Source of the DNA: Candidatus Pacebacteria bacterium UBA1364
GTDB lineage: Bacteria; Patescibacteriota; Microgenomatia; UBA1400; PJMF01
DNA length: 64,000 bases
Assembly: GCA_002306345.1 (NCBI GenBank)
Contig: DBRQ01000009.1
Location: 85,197-149,196 of the forward strand
Direction of reading: 5' to 3'
How positions within the stretch are numbered: the first letter of the stretch is position 1; each line of letters starts with the position of its first letter. The notes beneath the pieces are model-generated. The model saw nothing but the letters and a program-made list of their open reading frames with translations. It was not told where the DNA came from and ran no database searches. A program made the translations under genes and the position numbers. Positions 49,345-59,720 of the stretch are shown piece by piece.

Positions 49345-49471
49345 GTTTAGCTTTCTATTTTACTTGCTCTAGTATAATATCAAAAGACACTACTAATTTA
49401 TCACGATTTTACGCAAAGACCTATGATAAAAAAGATTTGTTATAAATTCATTGTCAATTCATAGATAGCTT

Positions 49472-50143
49472 ATGAAAATCAATATTTTAACTATTTTTCC
49501 TGAGTTTTTTCTAAGTCCTTTACAAACTTCAATTTTGAAAAGAGCGACGAGCAGACATTTAATTGAATTTAATCTGCTGAATTTGCGTGATTTTACGAGC
49601 GACAAGCATCAAACTACAGACAGCAGACCTTTTGGCGGTGGTCCTGGGATGGTGATGATGATTGAGCCAATTGATAAAGCACTGCAATCTTTGCATCTGA
49701 GCCCAAAGCAATCTCACAAAAAAATTCTTTTAACCTCTGCCAAAGGTACATTATTTACTCAAGAAACAGCCAGAAATTTTGCTACTTTAGATGAGTTAAC
49801 ACTAATTTGTGGTCACTACGAAGGAGTAGACGAGCGAGTAGCAATGCATTTAGTAGATGGTGAAATTAGCATTGGTGATTACGTCTTAACTGGTGGTGAA
49901 GCTGCTGCTTTAGTGATTAGTGATGCTGTCACAAGATTAATTCCAGGCGTTTTAGGCAATGAGTTGAGCAATCAAGACGAATCCCATTCTCAGCCTCACA
50001 AAATCGGCCATCCACAATTTAGCAAGCCGGCTGATTATCGAGGTTGGACAGTACCGGAAATTTTACTCTCTGGCCATCACGAAAAAATTAAAGCTTGGCG
50101 TAAGCAAAGTGGTGTCAATCATGGTAAAAATAATGATTTTTAG
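49472..50143 (+). CDS. trmD: tRNA (guanine37-N1)-methyltransferase
   Basis: ILTIFPEFF, RPFGGGPGMVM, CGHYEGVDERV and GDYVLTGGE motifs. Confidence 0.93.
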   Translation: MKINILTIFPEFFLSPLQTSILKRATSRHLIEFNLLNLRDFTSDKHQTTDSRPFGGGPGMVMMIEPIDKALQSLHLSPKQSHKKILLTSAKGTLFTQETARNFATLDELTLICGHYEGVDERVAMHLVDGEISIGDYVLTGGEAAALVISDAVTRLIPGVLGNELSNQDESHSQPHKIGHPQFSKPADYRGWTVPEILLSGHHEKIKAWRKQSGVNHGKNNDF

Positions 50144-51018
50144 ATTATTGTTTCTGCAATGGCTTGTTTAACAGTTTTTAGCTTAAAGTCTAAATGTTTT
50201 TTGATTTGATCAGTATTTAAAGCAGTGTTTTTTTGGTAAGGTCTATTGTTAGTTGCCAAATATTTAGCCAACGATCCCTCTTTTAGATCGAAATTAAAGC
50301 CAAAATGCTCATTAATTAACTGAGCAAAAGTAAAATCACTCCAAGATTCTCCAGAAGTAGCGTGATAAAGGCCGGTGATCTTTTGACGAATAACCAAATC
50401 AATGATCTTAGCTAAATCATTGATATAGGTTGGGCCAAAAAAGTGATCGCTAAATTGTGGATAAAGTTGACCGCCGCGAATTCCTTCAATAATGCGATGC
50501 AGTGTATCAATTTTAGGAAATGGATCATTTCTAAAAGGTTGATCAATTCGTAAAATAGTCCAATTAATATTGCTACTGATGATGACTTCTTCAGCCAAAG
50601 CTTTGGTTTTACCATACCATTCAATTGGATTAGTTGGGTCGGTTTCTAAATACATTTCTTTTTTTAAACCGTCAAAAACATAGGCTGTCGAAAGATGAAT
50701 CAAGTGTTTGCCAGTTTTATCGCAAGCTTTGACCAAATTTTGTGTGCCCCGAACGTTTACGAGGTAGCAAAGACCGTTTTGATCATTTGTTTGTTGCCAG
50801 GCTGCGGTGACATCGGTAAAAGCGGCCATGTGAACGACAAATTTGGCTTTTGAGCGAGACAAAGCTGCTAAAACTTGTTTTTCGTCAGTAATGTCTATTG
50901 GTCGGATGGAATTTCTTAGATCCAAATTATCAAAATCATATCGATTGCTAAAATCAGTCACAAATTTAGAGCCAACTAAACCATTTAAACCAGTACCGAT
51001 TAAGGGAATTTTGCTCAT
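50140..51018 (-). CDS. rfbD: dTDP-4-dehydrorhamnose reductase-like (RmlD family)
   Basis: 292 aa with Rossmann-type GTGLNGLVGS, STAYVFDG and YGKTK (YxxxK), directly downstream of rfbB. Confidence 0.78.
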   Translation of the reverse strand: MSKIPLIGTGLNGLVGSKFVTDFSNRYDFDNLDLRNSIRPIDITDEKQVLAALSRSKAKFVVHMAAFTDVTAAWQQTNDQNGLCYLVNVRGTQNLVKACDKTGKHLIHLSTAYVFDGLKKEMYLETDPTNPIEWYGKTKALAEEVIISSNINWTILRIDQPFRNDPFPKIDTLHRIIEGIRGGQLYPQFSDHFFGPTYINDLAKIIDLVIRQKITGLYHATSGESWSDFTFAQLINEHFGFNFDLKEGSLAKYLATNNRPYQKNTALNTDQIKKHLDFKLKTVKQAIAETII

Positions 51019-51021
51019 CTG

Positions 51022-52044
51022 TTATCTTTCTATATATTGTTTGGTAAAGTAATTTTGGTTTTGCTTTTTGAGTGGTCGCCACCAGTCTTGATTATTTTGG
51101 TACCAAGTAATAGTTTTTTGTAAACCTTCTTCCAAACTCACGCTTGGTTGCCAACCCAAAGCCGCTTTGGTTTGAGAGAAATCAACACTGTATCTGCGAT
51201 CATGACCAGGACGATCTTTAATGTATTCAATCATATTTTCGTCTTGGTTCATGATTTTTAAAATCATTTTAATTAAATCGAGATTGTTAACATCCTTGTA
51301 AAGTCCGCCAAAAAGATAAGTTGCTCCGTTTTGACCATTTTGTAAAATTAAATCGATGCCTCTACAGTGGTCTTGCACATAGAGCCAATCGCGTACATAA
51401 AGACCATCACCATAAATTGGTACTTTTTGGTGATCTATCAGATTAGTGATGGCCAAAGGAATCATTTTTTCTGGAAAGTGATATTCACCATAATTATTGG
51501 AGCAATTACTTAGAGTAAAAGGTAAACCATAAGTATCACCATAGGCTCTCACTAGATGGTCAGAAGCGGCTTTGGAAGCAGCATAAGGACTATGAGGGTT
51601 GTAAGCCGTTTTTTCATTGAATTGTAGAGTCGAACCAAGATCAAGTGCGCCAAAAACTTCATCTGTAGAAATGTGGTGAAAACGCTTAATTTTATGTCGC
51701 AATGCGCTATCCAACAAAACCTGTGTGCCCATGACGTTGGTTTCTAGGAAAACGCTTGGCTCCATGATAGAACGGTCAACGTGAGTTTCCGCAGCAAAAT
51801 GCACCACAACATCAATCTCTGCCATAAGGCGATCAACTAGCTGACGATCTCTAATGTTGCCTTGCACAAATTTATAGTTAGGTTGATTAGCTATGTCTTT
51901 TAGAGAACTTAAATTGCCAGCATAAGTTAATAAATCTAAATTGATAATTTTATCCTCGGGGTGATTTTTTAGGTAATAACGAATAAAATTTGAGCCGATG
52001 AAGCCGGCCCCACCAGTAATCAGTAAAGTTTGATTTGTTTGCAT
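51022..52044 (-). CDS. rfbB: dTDP-glucose 4,6-dehydratase
   Basis: LITGGAGFIGSNF, HISTDEVFG, YAASKAASDHL and DRRY motifs. Confidence 0.92.
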   Translation of the reverse strand: MQTNQTLLITGGAGFIGSNFIRYYLKNHPEDKIINLDLLTYAGNLSSLKDIANQPNYKFVQGNIRDRQLVDRLMAEIDVVVHFAAETHVDRSIMEPSVFLETNVMGTQVLLDSALRHKIKRFHHISTDEVFGALDLGSTLQFNEKTAYNPHSPYAASKAASDHLVRAYGDTYGLPFTLSNCSNNYGEYHFPEKMIPLAITNLIDHQKVPIYGDGLYVRDWLYVQDHCRGIDLILQNGQNGATYLFGGLYKDVNNLDLIKMILKIMNQDENMIEYIKDRPGHDRRYSVDFSQTKAALGWQPSVSLEEGLQKTITWYQNNQDWWRPLKKQNQNYFTKQYIER

Positions 52045-52046
52045 AA

Positions 52047-52235
52047 TTAAAAGTCCAAAGTTGTTTTTTCTATTGTTTTATTTGTTTGTTTTTCGAGTAT
52101 TTTGACTTTTTCTTCCAAAATTTTGCAGTTTTTAATTTCTGTTTCTAAAGCTGATTTATAAAAACCAGCAGCCAAAGCCAAGATGATGATTGTAATAAGC
52201 ATTAGACGAGTAAGGTTTTTATTTGAAAATAACAT
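52047..52235 (-). CDS. Small single-pass membrane protein
   Basis: 62 aa with an N-terminal TM helix and a short coiled coil. It lies in-operon between the LCP gene and rfbB. Confidence 0.45.
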   Translation of the reverse strand: MLFSNKNLTRLMLITIIILALAAGFYKSALETEIKNCKILEEKVKILEKQTNKTIEKTTLDF

Positions 52236-53328
52236 TGATACTTTCGCTAAATTTGGCTAAATCCTTAATTTTATATACCCATAGTTGTTCACTTTGCCAA
52301 AGTGGGGGATTGTAAATTACTCCATTTTCATCATCCGGATAAATAGAAAGTTGGTGTTTTTCAAATTCAATATTTTTTCCTTCATTTTTACTTGAATAAT
52401 CAAGAAAAACCGCGCCAATACTCGCTATTTCTTCAAGAGTTAAATTCTTTGAAAAACGATCTAAATAAAAGCGATAAAGTTGTCCGAAAATTTGAGGATC
52501 TCTAATAGTTGTCATTTTACTAAATAAGGCTTGTAGGATTAATTGTTGTCTTAGAGAGCGAGCGTCATCTGTGCCTTGATCACCTGTACTGTGACGACTG
52601 CGCATGTATTTTAAAGCGGTGACACTATCCATGTTTTGTAAACCTTTTTCGAAGCTAATTTCTTCATAAAGAATTTTTGGATCAGAAACTTCACTGACAT
52701 CTACACCTGGCACTGGAAATTGTGAATCAGTAAAAGCCTCTGGCACATCAATTTCAATGCCGCCGACAATGGCAATTAACTTTTCTAAATCTTCAATGCT
52801 AATGACAAGCACGTGATCTATTTTGATATTACCTATCTTTTCAATGACTTCTTTGGGTAATTGCGCCGCGTCTTCTCCATATTTTTCTTTACCATAAAAA
52901 TAAAGAGCGTTAATTTTGGTTTGGTAATCATCTAAATAGAGGTCTCTTGGTAGGGAAAGAGTTTTAATTTTGCCACTTTCAAGATCAAGTTGTAAAAGCA
53001 TTATCGTATCCGTTAATTCTGGTTCACCCTCTCTACCAGTCAGTTTGTCGGTACCTAAAATTAAAAAATTGTACTTTTTGGGTAATTCTGCTACTTTTTC
53101 ATAGTCACTTTGAAATTGATCGAGCACAGCGGTAACAGTATTGAGAAATTCTTCTTTTGTAATATTGGCAGAGGCAGTGAAAGCCTTAATAAATTGATTG
53201 CTTTTAACATCAAAATAGATCAAGCTGGCGATGGTAGCTAAGAATAAAAGCCCAAGCAACCAAAGTAATACTCTGACAAATAACTTTGGTTTTTTATATT
53301 CTAAAACAAGGTGCAGATCGGTATTCAT
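52219..53328 (-). CDS. LytR-CpsA-Psr (LCP) family glycopolymer-phosphotransferase
   Basis: N-terminal TM helix, LILGTD...TDTIMLLQ, SLPRDLY, and a RSRHS...DD.R region. Confidence 0.85.
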   Translation of the reverse strand: MNTDLHLVLEYKKPKLFVRVLLWLLGLLFLATIASLIYFDVKSNQFIKAFTASANITKEEFLNTVTAVLDQFQSDYEKVAELPKKYNFLILGTDKLTGREGEPELTDTIMLLQLDLESGKIKTLSLPRDLYLDDYQTKINALYFYGKEKYGEDAAQLPKEVIEKIGNIKIDHVLVISIEDLEKLIAIVGGIEIDVPEAFTDSQFPVPGVDVSEVSDPKILYEEISFEKGLQNMDSVTALKYMRSRHSTGDQGTDDARSLRQQLILQALFSKMTTIRDPQIFGQLYRFYLDRFSKNLTLEEIASIGAVFLDYSSKNEGKNIEFEKHQLSIYPDDENGVIYNPPLWQSEQLWVYKIKDLAKFSESINVIFK

Positions 53329-53386
53329 TAGGCCTACAGTATATTGGAAAAGTCGCTTATTTTCAAAGAGAAAAAAGTCGAATAGA

Positions 53387-54892
53387 ATGGGGTCTTATAT
53401 GGGTGACCAAGAAATTTTGCCAACTGATGATTTAAACGTTGCCTTAGATAGTGAGGAAATTGAGCAAATTAAGAAAAGATCAGTCAAAGGAGTCTTGTCT
53501 TTTTTTCTACGTACCTTGCTTATACAAGGGATCGGTTTAGTTTCTGCTTTTGTATTAAGTGCTTTTCTTTCTCCAGAAGATTTTGGTATTTATGGGATAG
53601 TTACGCAAATTATTGCTTTATTAGTCTTTTTTTCTGATATCGGCATGGCAGCTTCTTTAATTCAAAAAAAGGAGGAACCAGGCGAAAATGATTATGAAAC
53701 AGCTTTTAGCGTGCAATTCATTTTAGCTTTGTTGATTTTTCTGATAATTTTAATCATGATTAAGTCAGGCCTTCTGGAAGCCAAAATAGGTAGCCAAGGC
53801 CTTTTAGTGCTTTTTGCCTTAGGTCTTTCTTTCCCTTTGGCAACTTTTAAAACGATTCCTTCTATTATTTTAGAGAGAAGATTAGATTTTAATAAATTAG
53901 TCTTACCCCAAATTTTTGAGCAATTAGTTTTTCATTCAATTTTAATTGTTTTAGCTTGGAAAGGTTTTGGAGTCAGTTCTTATTTTTATGCTATTTTATG
54001 CCGCAGTGTAGTTGGCTTATTTGTGATGCAAATTTTGCAACCATGGTTGCCGAAACTCAGAATTAATAAAAAATCATTAAAAGGTTTGTTAGGTTTTGGT
54101 TTTAAGTTTCAACTCAATGATCTTTTGGCGCGCATTAAAGATCAACTTTATTTTTTAGCTTTAGGAGCTTTTTTGCCACTTAAAGACTTTGGCTATTTAC
54201 AGTGGGCGAAAAATTGGTCTATGTATCCATATAATTTAACTGTGCAAAATGTTATGTCTATTACTTTTCCCACTTTTTCTCGATTACAAGCTCATAAAGA
54301 TTTACTAAAGAGGGCAATTGAGAAGGCAATTTATTTTATTGCTTTATTTATTTTTCCAATTTTAGTTGGCATGTCAGTTTTTATTTATCCATTAACAGAA
54401 TTAGTAGACAGATACCAAAAATGGCAACCTGCCTTATTTAGTTTTGTTTTGTTTTCGTTAAGTGTAGCTTGGTCGGCAATTTCTACCCCTTTAACCAATA
54501 GCCTGAATGCCATCGGAAAAATTAACCAGACTTTAAAATTGATGGTGATGTGGACAGTTTTAACTTGGGTTCTAACACCGATTTTAGTCTGGAAATTTGG
54601 TTTCAATGGTGTAGCCATCGCAGCTTTTTTAATTTCTTTCACTTCGATTTTTTCGGTAATTATAACAAAGAAATACATTGCCGTAGAAATTATGAAAAAC
54701 ATTTGGCCACAATTGGTAGCCAGTCTTTTTATGGCAGTTTTTGGTTGTTTTGGGATTAAATATTGGAGCATGAGTTATTGGCATTTTTTCTTTGGAGGAA
54801 TTTCCTCAGTTTTAGTTTATATTGTGGTTTTTTTGCTTTTATCTAAAGATAAATTTTTAAGAGAAATGCAAAGTCTTAAAAGAAATATATGA
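53387..54892 (+). CDS. Wzx-like polysaccharide/oligosaccharide flippase (MOP superfamily)
   Basis: About 12 or more TM helices with a typical 'polysaccharide biosynthesis protein' N-terminus (KGVLSFFLRTLLIQGIGLVS). ATG 53387 avoids the overlap with the divergent LCP gene. Confidence 0.8.
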   Translation: MGSYMGDQEILPTDDLNVALDSEEIEQIKKRSVKGVLSFFLRTLLIQGIGLVSAFVLSAFLSPEDFGIYGIVTQIIALLVFFSDIGMAASLIQKKEEPGENDYETAFSVQFILALLIFLIILIMIKSGLLEAKIGSQGLLVLFALGLSFPLATFKTIPSIILERRLDFNKLVLPQIFEQLVFHSILIVLAWKGFGVSSYFYAILCRSVVGLFVMQILQPWLPKLRINKKSLKGLLGFGFKFQLNDLLARIKDQLYFLALGAFLPLKDFGYLQWAKNWSMYPYNLTVQNVMSITFPTFSRLQAHKDLLKRAIEKAIYFIALFIFPILVGMSVFIYPLTELVDRYQKWQPALFSFVLFSLSVAWSAISTPLTNSLNAIGKINQTLKLMVMWTVLTWVLTPILVWKFGFNGVAIAAFLISFTSIFSVIITKKYIAVEIMKNIWPQLVASLFMAVFGCFGIKYWSMSYWHFFFGGISSVLVYIVVFLLLSKDKFLREMQSLKRNI

Positions 54893-56550
54893 AAAAAATA
54901 GCGCTATTTTTGGCGATCGCATTCTTAATGCTTTTTTTACGTTTTTTTCATTTTAATCAGTCTCCGCCTAGTCCATATTGGGAAGAAGTGGCGCTTGCTT
55001 ATGATGCTTACAGTATTTCTCAAACTGCGAAAGATCATCATGGTAATTTTTTGCCACGAGTGGCTTTCGAATCCTTTGGTGATTTCAAGCCAAGTCTTTA
55101 TTTTTACTTGGCTGTGCCTTTTATTAAAGTCTTTGGTTTAAATGTTTTTGCCATTCGATTGCCCACTGTTTTATCTTCCATAGCTATTATTTTTGGGATT
55201 GCTTTTTTGGCTAAAAATTTATTTCAATATTTTTATTTGAAAAACGATCCAAAAGCGGCCAATTTTATTTTTTACCTGGCTTTATTTTTGGCTAGTTTAT
55301 CGCCTTGGTTATTAACTTTTTCTAGATCGGCTTGGGAAAGCACTTTGGCAACAGCCCTGATTCTTTGGGGTTGTAATTTTTGGTTGTATTTTATGGTTAA
55401 GAATAAAAGCAAGTGGGCGATTTTGGCAGTTATTTTTTTAGTTCTCTCAACTTATGCTTATCACGCGGCTAGAATTACCGCCCCTTTGCTTGGTTTAGCT
55501 TTAGTTTTAGCTTATCTAAAAAAAAAGACTTTCTTTGCTCTAAAAAAATCACTGAATTTGCCAGCTTTGTTTACCGCTATTTTGTTAGCTATATATCTTT
55601 TTTGGCCAATTGGTCAATCTTTATTTGAAAAAACTGGTCAGCAGCGTATTGCCGAAACAAGTATTTTTTCTGATATCTCTATTATTGAAAAAAGCAACGA
55701 ATTGAAAGCCAAACACAATAATTCTTTATTTTCTAGAATTGTTTATCATCGTTATCTTCTTTTTAGCAAAGAAGCAGCGGGAAATTTTTTGGATCATTTT
55801 AATTTTACTTACTTATTTGTTAGTGGCGATCATAATCCAAGGCACAGTATCCAAACTTTTGGTGAATTTTATTATCTTGACGCGCTGTTTTTTGTAGCGG
55901 CTTTAGTTTTTTTCTTCCGTCATAGAAATCGTCTTACTTACTTTTTGTTTTTTTGGTTATTCGTGGCAATTTTGCCAGCTGCTTTCACTCAAGCTACGCC
56001 TCATGCTTTAAGAACTTTAGCGGCTTTACCGATTTTATTAATTTTTTTGAGTTTTGGGGTGTGGCAATTTTTACAAGTTTTTAAAAATCTCAAACAAAAA
56101 AAATTCGCTTTATTATCAATTGTTGTTGTTTATTTATTTTTTGCGACTACATTTTTTTATCAATTAATTTACATTTATCCAAATCAGTACAGAAGCGAAT
56201 GGCAGTTTGGTTATGAAGAAATGATTCAAAAATTATTGTTAATAAAAAATAATTATGAAAAAATTTATGTGACTAGAGAACAGGGTAGACCGGCCATGTA
56301 TTATTTTTTTTATGCGCAAGTTGACCCAAAATTAGTCCAAGCTTTTGACCAACAAGCGAAAAAAGATCAAGGTGAATTTTTAAATTTTGCGAATATTGAA
56401 TTTATAGATAAAAGTGATCAAGTTGATGGAACTAAAAAAAGTTTAATTATTAGCTCGCCAGATTTTTACAAACGTTTTTTTGCGGAGCAAAATTTTGCTA
56501 TTATCGATGAAACTGAAAACCAAACTTGGGTATTTTATGAAAATAAATAA
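54889..56550 (+). CDS. GT-C membrane glycosyltransferase (ArnT/PMT_2-like), tandem paralog 1
   Basis: LRFFHF..SPPSPYWEEVALAYDAYSI, IRLP, GDHNPRHS and TPHALR motifs shared with the next two genes. Confidence 0.8.
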   Translation: MKKIALFLAIAFLMLFLRFFHFNQSPPSPYWEEVALAYDAYSISQTAKDHHGNFLPRVAFESFGDFKPSLYFYLAVPFIKVFGLNVFAIRLPTVLSSIAIIFGIAFLAKNLFQYFYLKNDPKAANFIFYLALFLASLSPWLLTFSRSAWESTLATALILWGCNFWLYFMVKNKSKWAILAVIFLVLSTYAYHAARITAPLLGLALVLAYLKKKTFFALKKSLNLPALFTAILLAIYLFWPIGQSLFEKTGQQRIAETSIFSDISIIEKSNELKAKHNNSLFSRIVYHRYLLFSKEAAGNFLDHFNFTYLFVSGDHNPRHSIQTFGEFYYLDALFFVAALVFFFRHRNRLTYFLFFWLFVAILPAAFTQATPHALRTLAALPILLIFLSFGVWQFLQVFKNLKQKKFALLSIVVVYLFFATTFFYQLIYIYPNQYRSEWQFGYEEMIQKLLLIKNNYEKIYVTREQGRPAMYYFFYAQVDPKLVQAFDQQAKKDQGEFLNFANIEFIDKSDQVDGTKKSLIISSPDFYKRFFAEQNFAIIDETENQTWVFYENK

Positions 56551-58075
56551 AATTTTATTGCTTTTGATATTTTTTTTAGGTTTGTCCTTGCGCTTTTTTC
56601 ATTTAGGTCAAATTCCGGCAATTCTTAATCGAGATGAGGCGGCTTTGGCTTATAATGCGCACTTAATTGCAACAAGTGGTCAAGATGAATGGCAAGTATC
56701 TTGGCCCTTAACTTTCAAATCTTTTGGGGATTATAAATTGCCTGGTTACCCTTATTTATTAGCGTTTTTATTTAAGTTTTTACCAGAAAATGATTTTGTC
56801 ACTCGTTTGCCTTCTGCTTTAGCAGGTAGTTGCTTGATCATTGTAGCTTTTTTCTTTGCTAGAGATATTTTGAAAGTTAAAGAGCGATCGGCCTTATTAA
56901 TGGCTTTACTGGTAGCCATTACTCCAGTTTTTTTCTTTTATTCACGGATTGCTTTTGAGGCGAACGTAGCTTTATTTTTATTTGTTTTGGGGTTGTATTT
57001 TCTTTTAAAAGATAAAGCAAATTTTGTTTTGGCTAGTAGCTTAATTTTTTTAGCAATTTTAACTTACAACACTCCTTTATTATTGCTGCCATTTATTATT
57101 TTTATTTTGATTTATAAAATTGGTTTTAAAAAAATCAAACAGTGGCTAGGACCAGTTTTTTTATTATCGATAATTTTTCTTTGGGCTATCATTAATTTTT
57201 ACACACTTGCTACACAAAAAAGCACGATTACTATTTTTGGTGATCCGGGAGTTTGGGAGCAATTTGCGCTGTATCGGTCTAATTTGTCAGGATTTTGGCA
57301 AACAATTTTTGGTAATAAATACGTTTTTTACTTACAAATTTTATGGCAAAATTTACTCAAAAGTTTTTCTATTAAATTTTTAGTAGAACAAGGAGGTAGC
57401 CATCCTTGGCACGCTTTACCCTCTTTTGGGCATCTTTTTTACAGTGTTTATTTTTTAGCGATTTTTATGTTAATTGACTTTTTTGGAGAAATTGTCATTG
57501 CGTTGCAAGATGGTTCTTTTAATAAAAAGCATTTGATTTTGCTCTATTTAACCATTGTGGCTTTGGCGCCATCCGTGGTGACAGTAGATAGTCCACACGC
57601 TACACGAAGTTTATTTTTCTTTTTTATGTTGATTGCTTTATGCACAATGTTTATTGACAAACTTTGTCGTATTTTATCTAAAAAAAGTAAATGGTTTATA
57701 GTTTTTTTCCTAAGTCTTCTAACTATAGAAAGTTTTATTTATTACCAAAATTATTTTCTGCAATACCCCAAACATCAACCAGAAAGTCTTTTTGTTGATT
57801 ATAAAAATTTAATTCAAGAGGCTAGAAGCCAATACAATGATGAACCAGTGGCAGTAATTGATCCCGGAGGATATCAATACATTATCACTGCTTGGTATTT
57901 AAAACTAACAAATGAGCAATTTTTCGCTACAATGCAGTATCAAAGCGCTGATAACATTAATTTTTATTATGGTGAAAGGCTGTTGAATTATCATTTTATT
58001 AAAAATTTAGCAGATAAAAATGAGAAAGAGAAAATTGTTCTTTCTCAAGAATCAGGATTAGTTAAATATGAATAA
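56537..58075 (+). CDS. GT-C membrane glycosyltransferase (ArnT/PMT_2-like), tandem paralog 2
   Basis: LRFFHLGQIPAILNRDEAALAYNAHLI, TRLP and SPHATR motifs. ATG 56537 overlaps the end of the upstream gene (stop codon 56548-56550). Confidence 0.8.
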   Translation: MKINKILLLLIFFLGLSLRFFHLGQIPAILNRDEAALAYNAHLIATSGQDEWQVSWPLTFKSFGDYKLPGYPYLLAFLFKFLPENDFVTRLPSALAGSCLIIVAFFFARDILKVKERSALLMALLVAITPVFFFYSRIAFEANVALFLFVLGLYFLLKDKANFVLASSLIFLAILTYNTPLLLLPFIIFILIYKIGFKKIKQWLGPVFLLSIIFLWAIINFYTLATQKSTITIFGDPGVWEQFALYRSNLSGFWQTIFGNKYVFYLQILWQNLLKSFSIKFLVEQGGSHPWHALPSFGHLFYSVYFLAIFMLIDFFGEIVIALQDGSFNKKHLILLYLTIVALAPSVVTVDSPHATRSLFFFFMLIALCTMFIDKLCRILSKKSKWFIVFFLSLLTIESFIYYQNYFLQYPKHQPESLFVDYKNLIQEARSQYNDEPVAVIDPGGYQYIITAWYLKLTNEQFFATMQYQSADNINFYYGERLLNYHFIKNLADKNEKEKIVLSQESGLVKYE

Positions 58076-59717
58076 GAAAAAAGAAATTATTTTTTTAATA
58101 ATAATACTCGCCATAGCCTTTTTTTTGCGTTTTTTTCAACTAGGCAGTAATCCTGCTGCTTTATATTGGGATGAGGCAGCCATTGCTTTGGATGCTTACA
58201 GTATTGCGACTACGGGCAAGGACATGAATAACCAATTTTTCATGCAGCCAGTTTTAGGTTCTTATGGAGATTTTAAAGCGCCAGTGCTGATTTGGTTAGC
58301 AGTTCCATCAGTATATTTATTTGGCATGACGCCTTTTGCCATTCGTTTGCCCGTGGCCTTATTTTCTATTCTCAGTATTTATTTGGCTTATTTATTATTG
58401 AAAGAACTACTTACTTTTGACGGTCAACTGGCCAAGCGCTACAAATTTATGCCGCTTTTATTAGCGCTAATCATGGCAATTTCTCCCTGGACAGTTCATT
58501 TTGGCCGCATTGGTTTTGAATCCAGTCTTTCGGTAGCCTTTTTGCTTTTAGCTTTGTTGTTTTTTCTTAAAGCCTTAAAAAATAAAGGTCACTACTTTTT
58601 ATTGAGTGCTTTTTTTGCCAGCATAGCGGTTTATTCATATTATTCTTTGCGTATTGTTCTGCCTTTGTTTTACTTAGCTTTAGTGATCATCTTTTTTAAA
58701 GAAATTAAAAAGAATCACCTTTGGCGTAAATTAATTTTGGCCCTTTGCTTATTTGCTGTTACCATGATTCCTATTCTCAGTTCGCCTTACTATGCGAGGA
58801 GTCAGGATTATCGTCTCAATAATGATAATTTAATTCATCACCAAAAAGTAATTGAAGAATCAAGTAAATATTTGGAAAGATATAATTCCAATTTGTATTC
58901 AAGAGTGGTTTATCACCGCTACGTATTTGTAGTCCGAGATTTTTTAAGCAACATGGCCGCTCATTTTAGTAACGACTTTTTGTTTTTTAAAGGAGACAAT
59001 AATTTACGCCAACACTCTGGTTATTTTGGCGAATTTTTATTAGTTAGTTTGCCTTTTTATTATTTGGGATTGTTTTTACTTTTTAAAAATTACAAAAGTA
59101 AATTATCGGCTTTTTTAGTAGTTTTTATGGTTTTATCACCGATTCCTGCAGCCATGGTTTATGAAGTCCCACATGCTTCTCGAGCAATTTATTTATTTGT
59201 GCCTTTTTCAATATTGATTGCTTGGGGAATCAATCAATTTATACTTTTTGGTAAAAAAATTGCCATTTTTATTACTGCGGGTTTATTTTTAATTAATGCC
59301 ATTTTTTATTATAGTGATTATTTTATTGAATATCCAAAAAGATCCAGTGAGGCGTGGCTCTATAGTTACAATCAAGTAGCTATATATATTAAGGAGCACT
59401 ATCAAGAGTTTTCTAAAATAGAAATCGATGAACGTTATTGGCTACCTAGAATTTTTGTTTATTACCAATTTCCGCAATTGTTGGATCAAACTAGAGAGCT
59501 CAAAAATGCCCTACTCAATAATCCAATCAATAGTTTTGGTTTGGCTGATCCTTTTGCTTATCTTTTAGATCAAAATGATCTCGGTAAGAAGCAGGCTAAA
59601 TTTATTTATTATAAAGATGAAATTCCCACCGGTTTTTATGCGGTCAAAAATTTTGATTTCTTAAATGGTGAAAAAAGTTTAGTTTTAGTTGTCAAAGACG
59701 GTCAAAAAAGTAATTGA
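58068..59717 (+). CDS. GT-C membrane glycosyltransferase (ArnT/PMT_2-like), tandem paralog 3
   Basis: LRFFQLGSNPAALYWDEAAIALDAYSI, IRLP, GDNNLRQHS and VPHASR motifs. 8-nt overlap with the upstream gene. Confidence 0.8.
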   Translation: MNKKKEIIFLIIILAIAFFLRFFQLGSNPAALYWDEAAIALDAYSIATTGKDMNNQFFMQPVLGSYGDFKAPVLIWLAVPSVYLFGMTPFAIRLPVALFSILSIYLAYLLLKELLTFDGQLAKRYKFMPLLLALIMAISPWTVHFGRIGFESSLSVAFLLLALLFFLKALKNKGHYFLLSAFFASIAVYSYYSLRIVLPLFYLALVIIFFKEIKKNHLWRKLILALCLFAVTMIPILSSPYYARSQDYRLNNDNLIHHQKVIEESSKYLERYNSNLYSRVVYHRYVFVVRDFLSNMAAHFSNDFLFFKGDNNLRQHSGYFGEFLLVSLPFYYLGLFLLFKNYKSKLSAFLVVFMVLSPIPAAMVYEVPHASRAIYLFVPFSILIAWGINQFILFGKKIAIFITAGLFLINAIFYYSDYFIEYPKRSSEAWLYSYNQVAIYIKEHYQEFSKIEIDERYWLPRIFVYYQFPQLLDQTRELKNALLNNPINSFGLADPFAYLLDQNDLGKKQAKFIYYKDEIPTGFYAVKNFDFLNGEKSLVLVVKDGQKSN

Positions 59718-59720
59718 TTT

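Noticed and set aside
53231-53386. N-terminal extensions offered by the ORF track: flippase 53231, gmd 47156, xth 35313, dsbA-like 26997, GT-C 56480, secD 20378, CAP 13092
   Set aside because: The extensions overlap divergent or upstream genes, are not part of the conserved N-termini, and internal ATGs reproduce the canonical protein starts.
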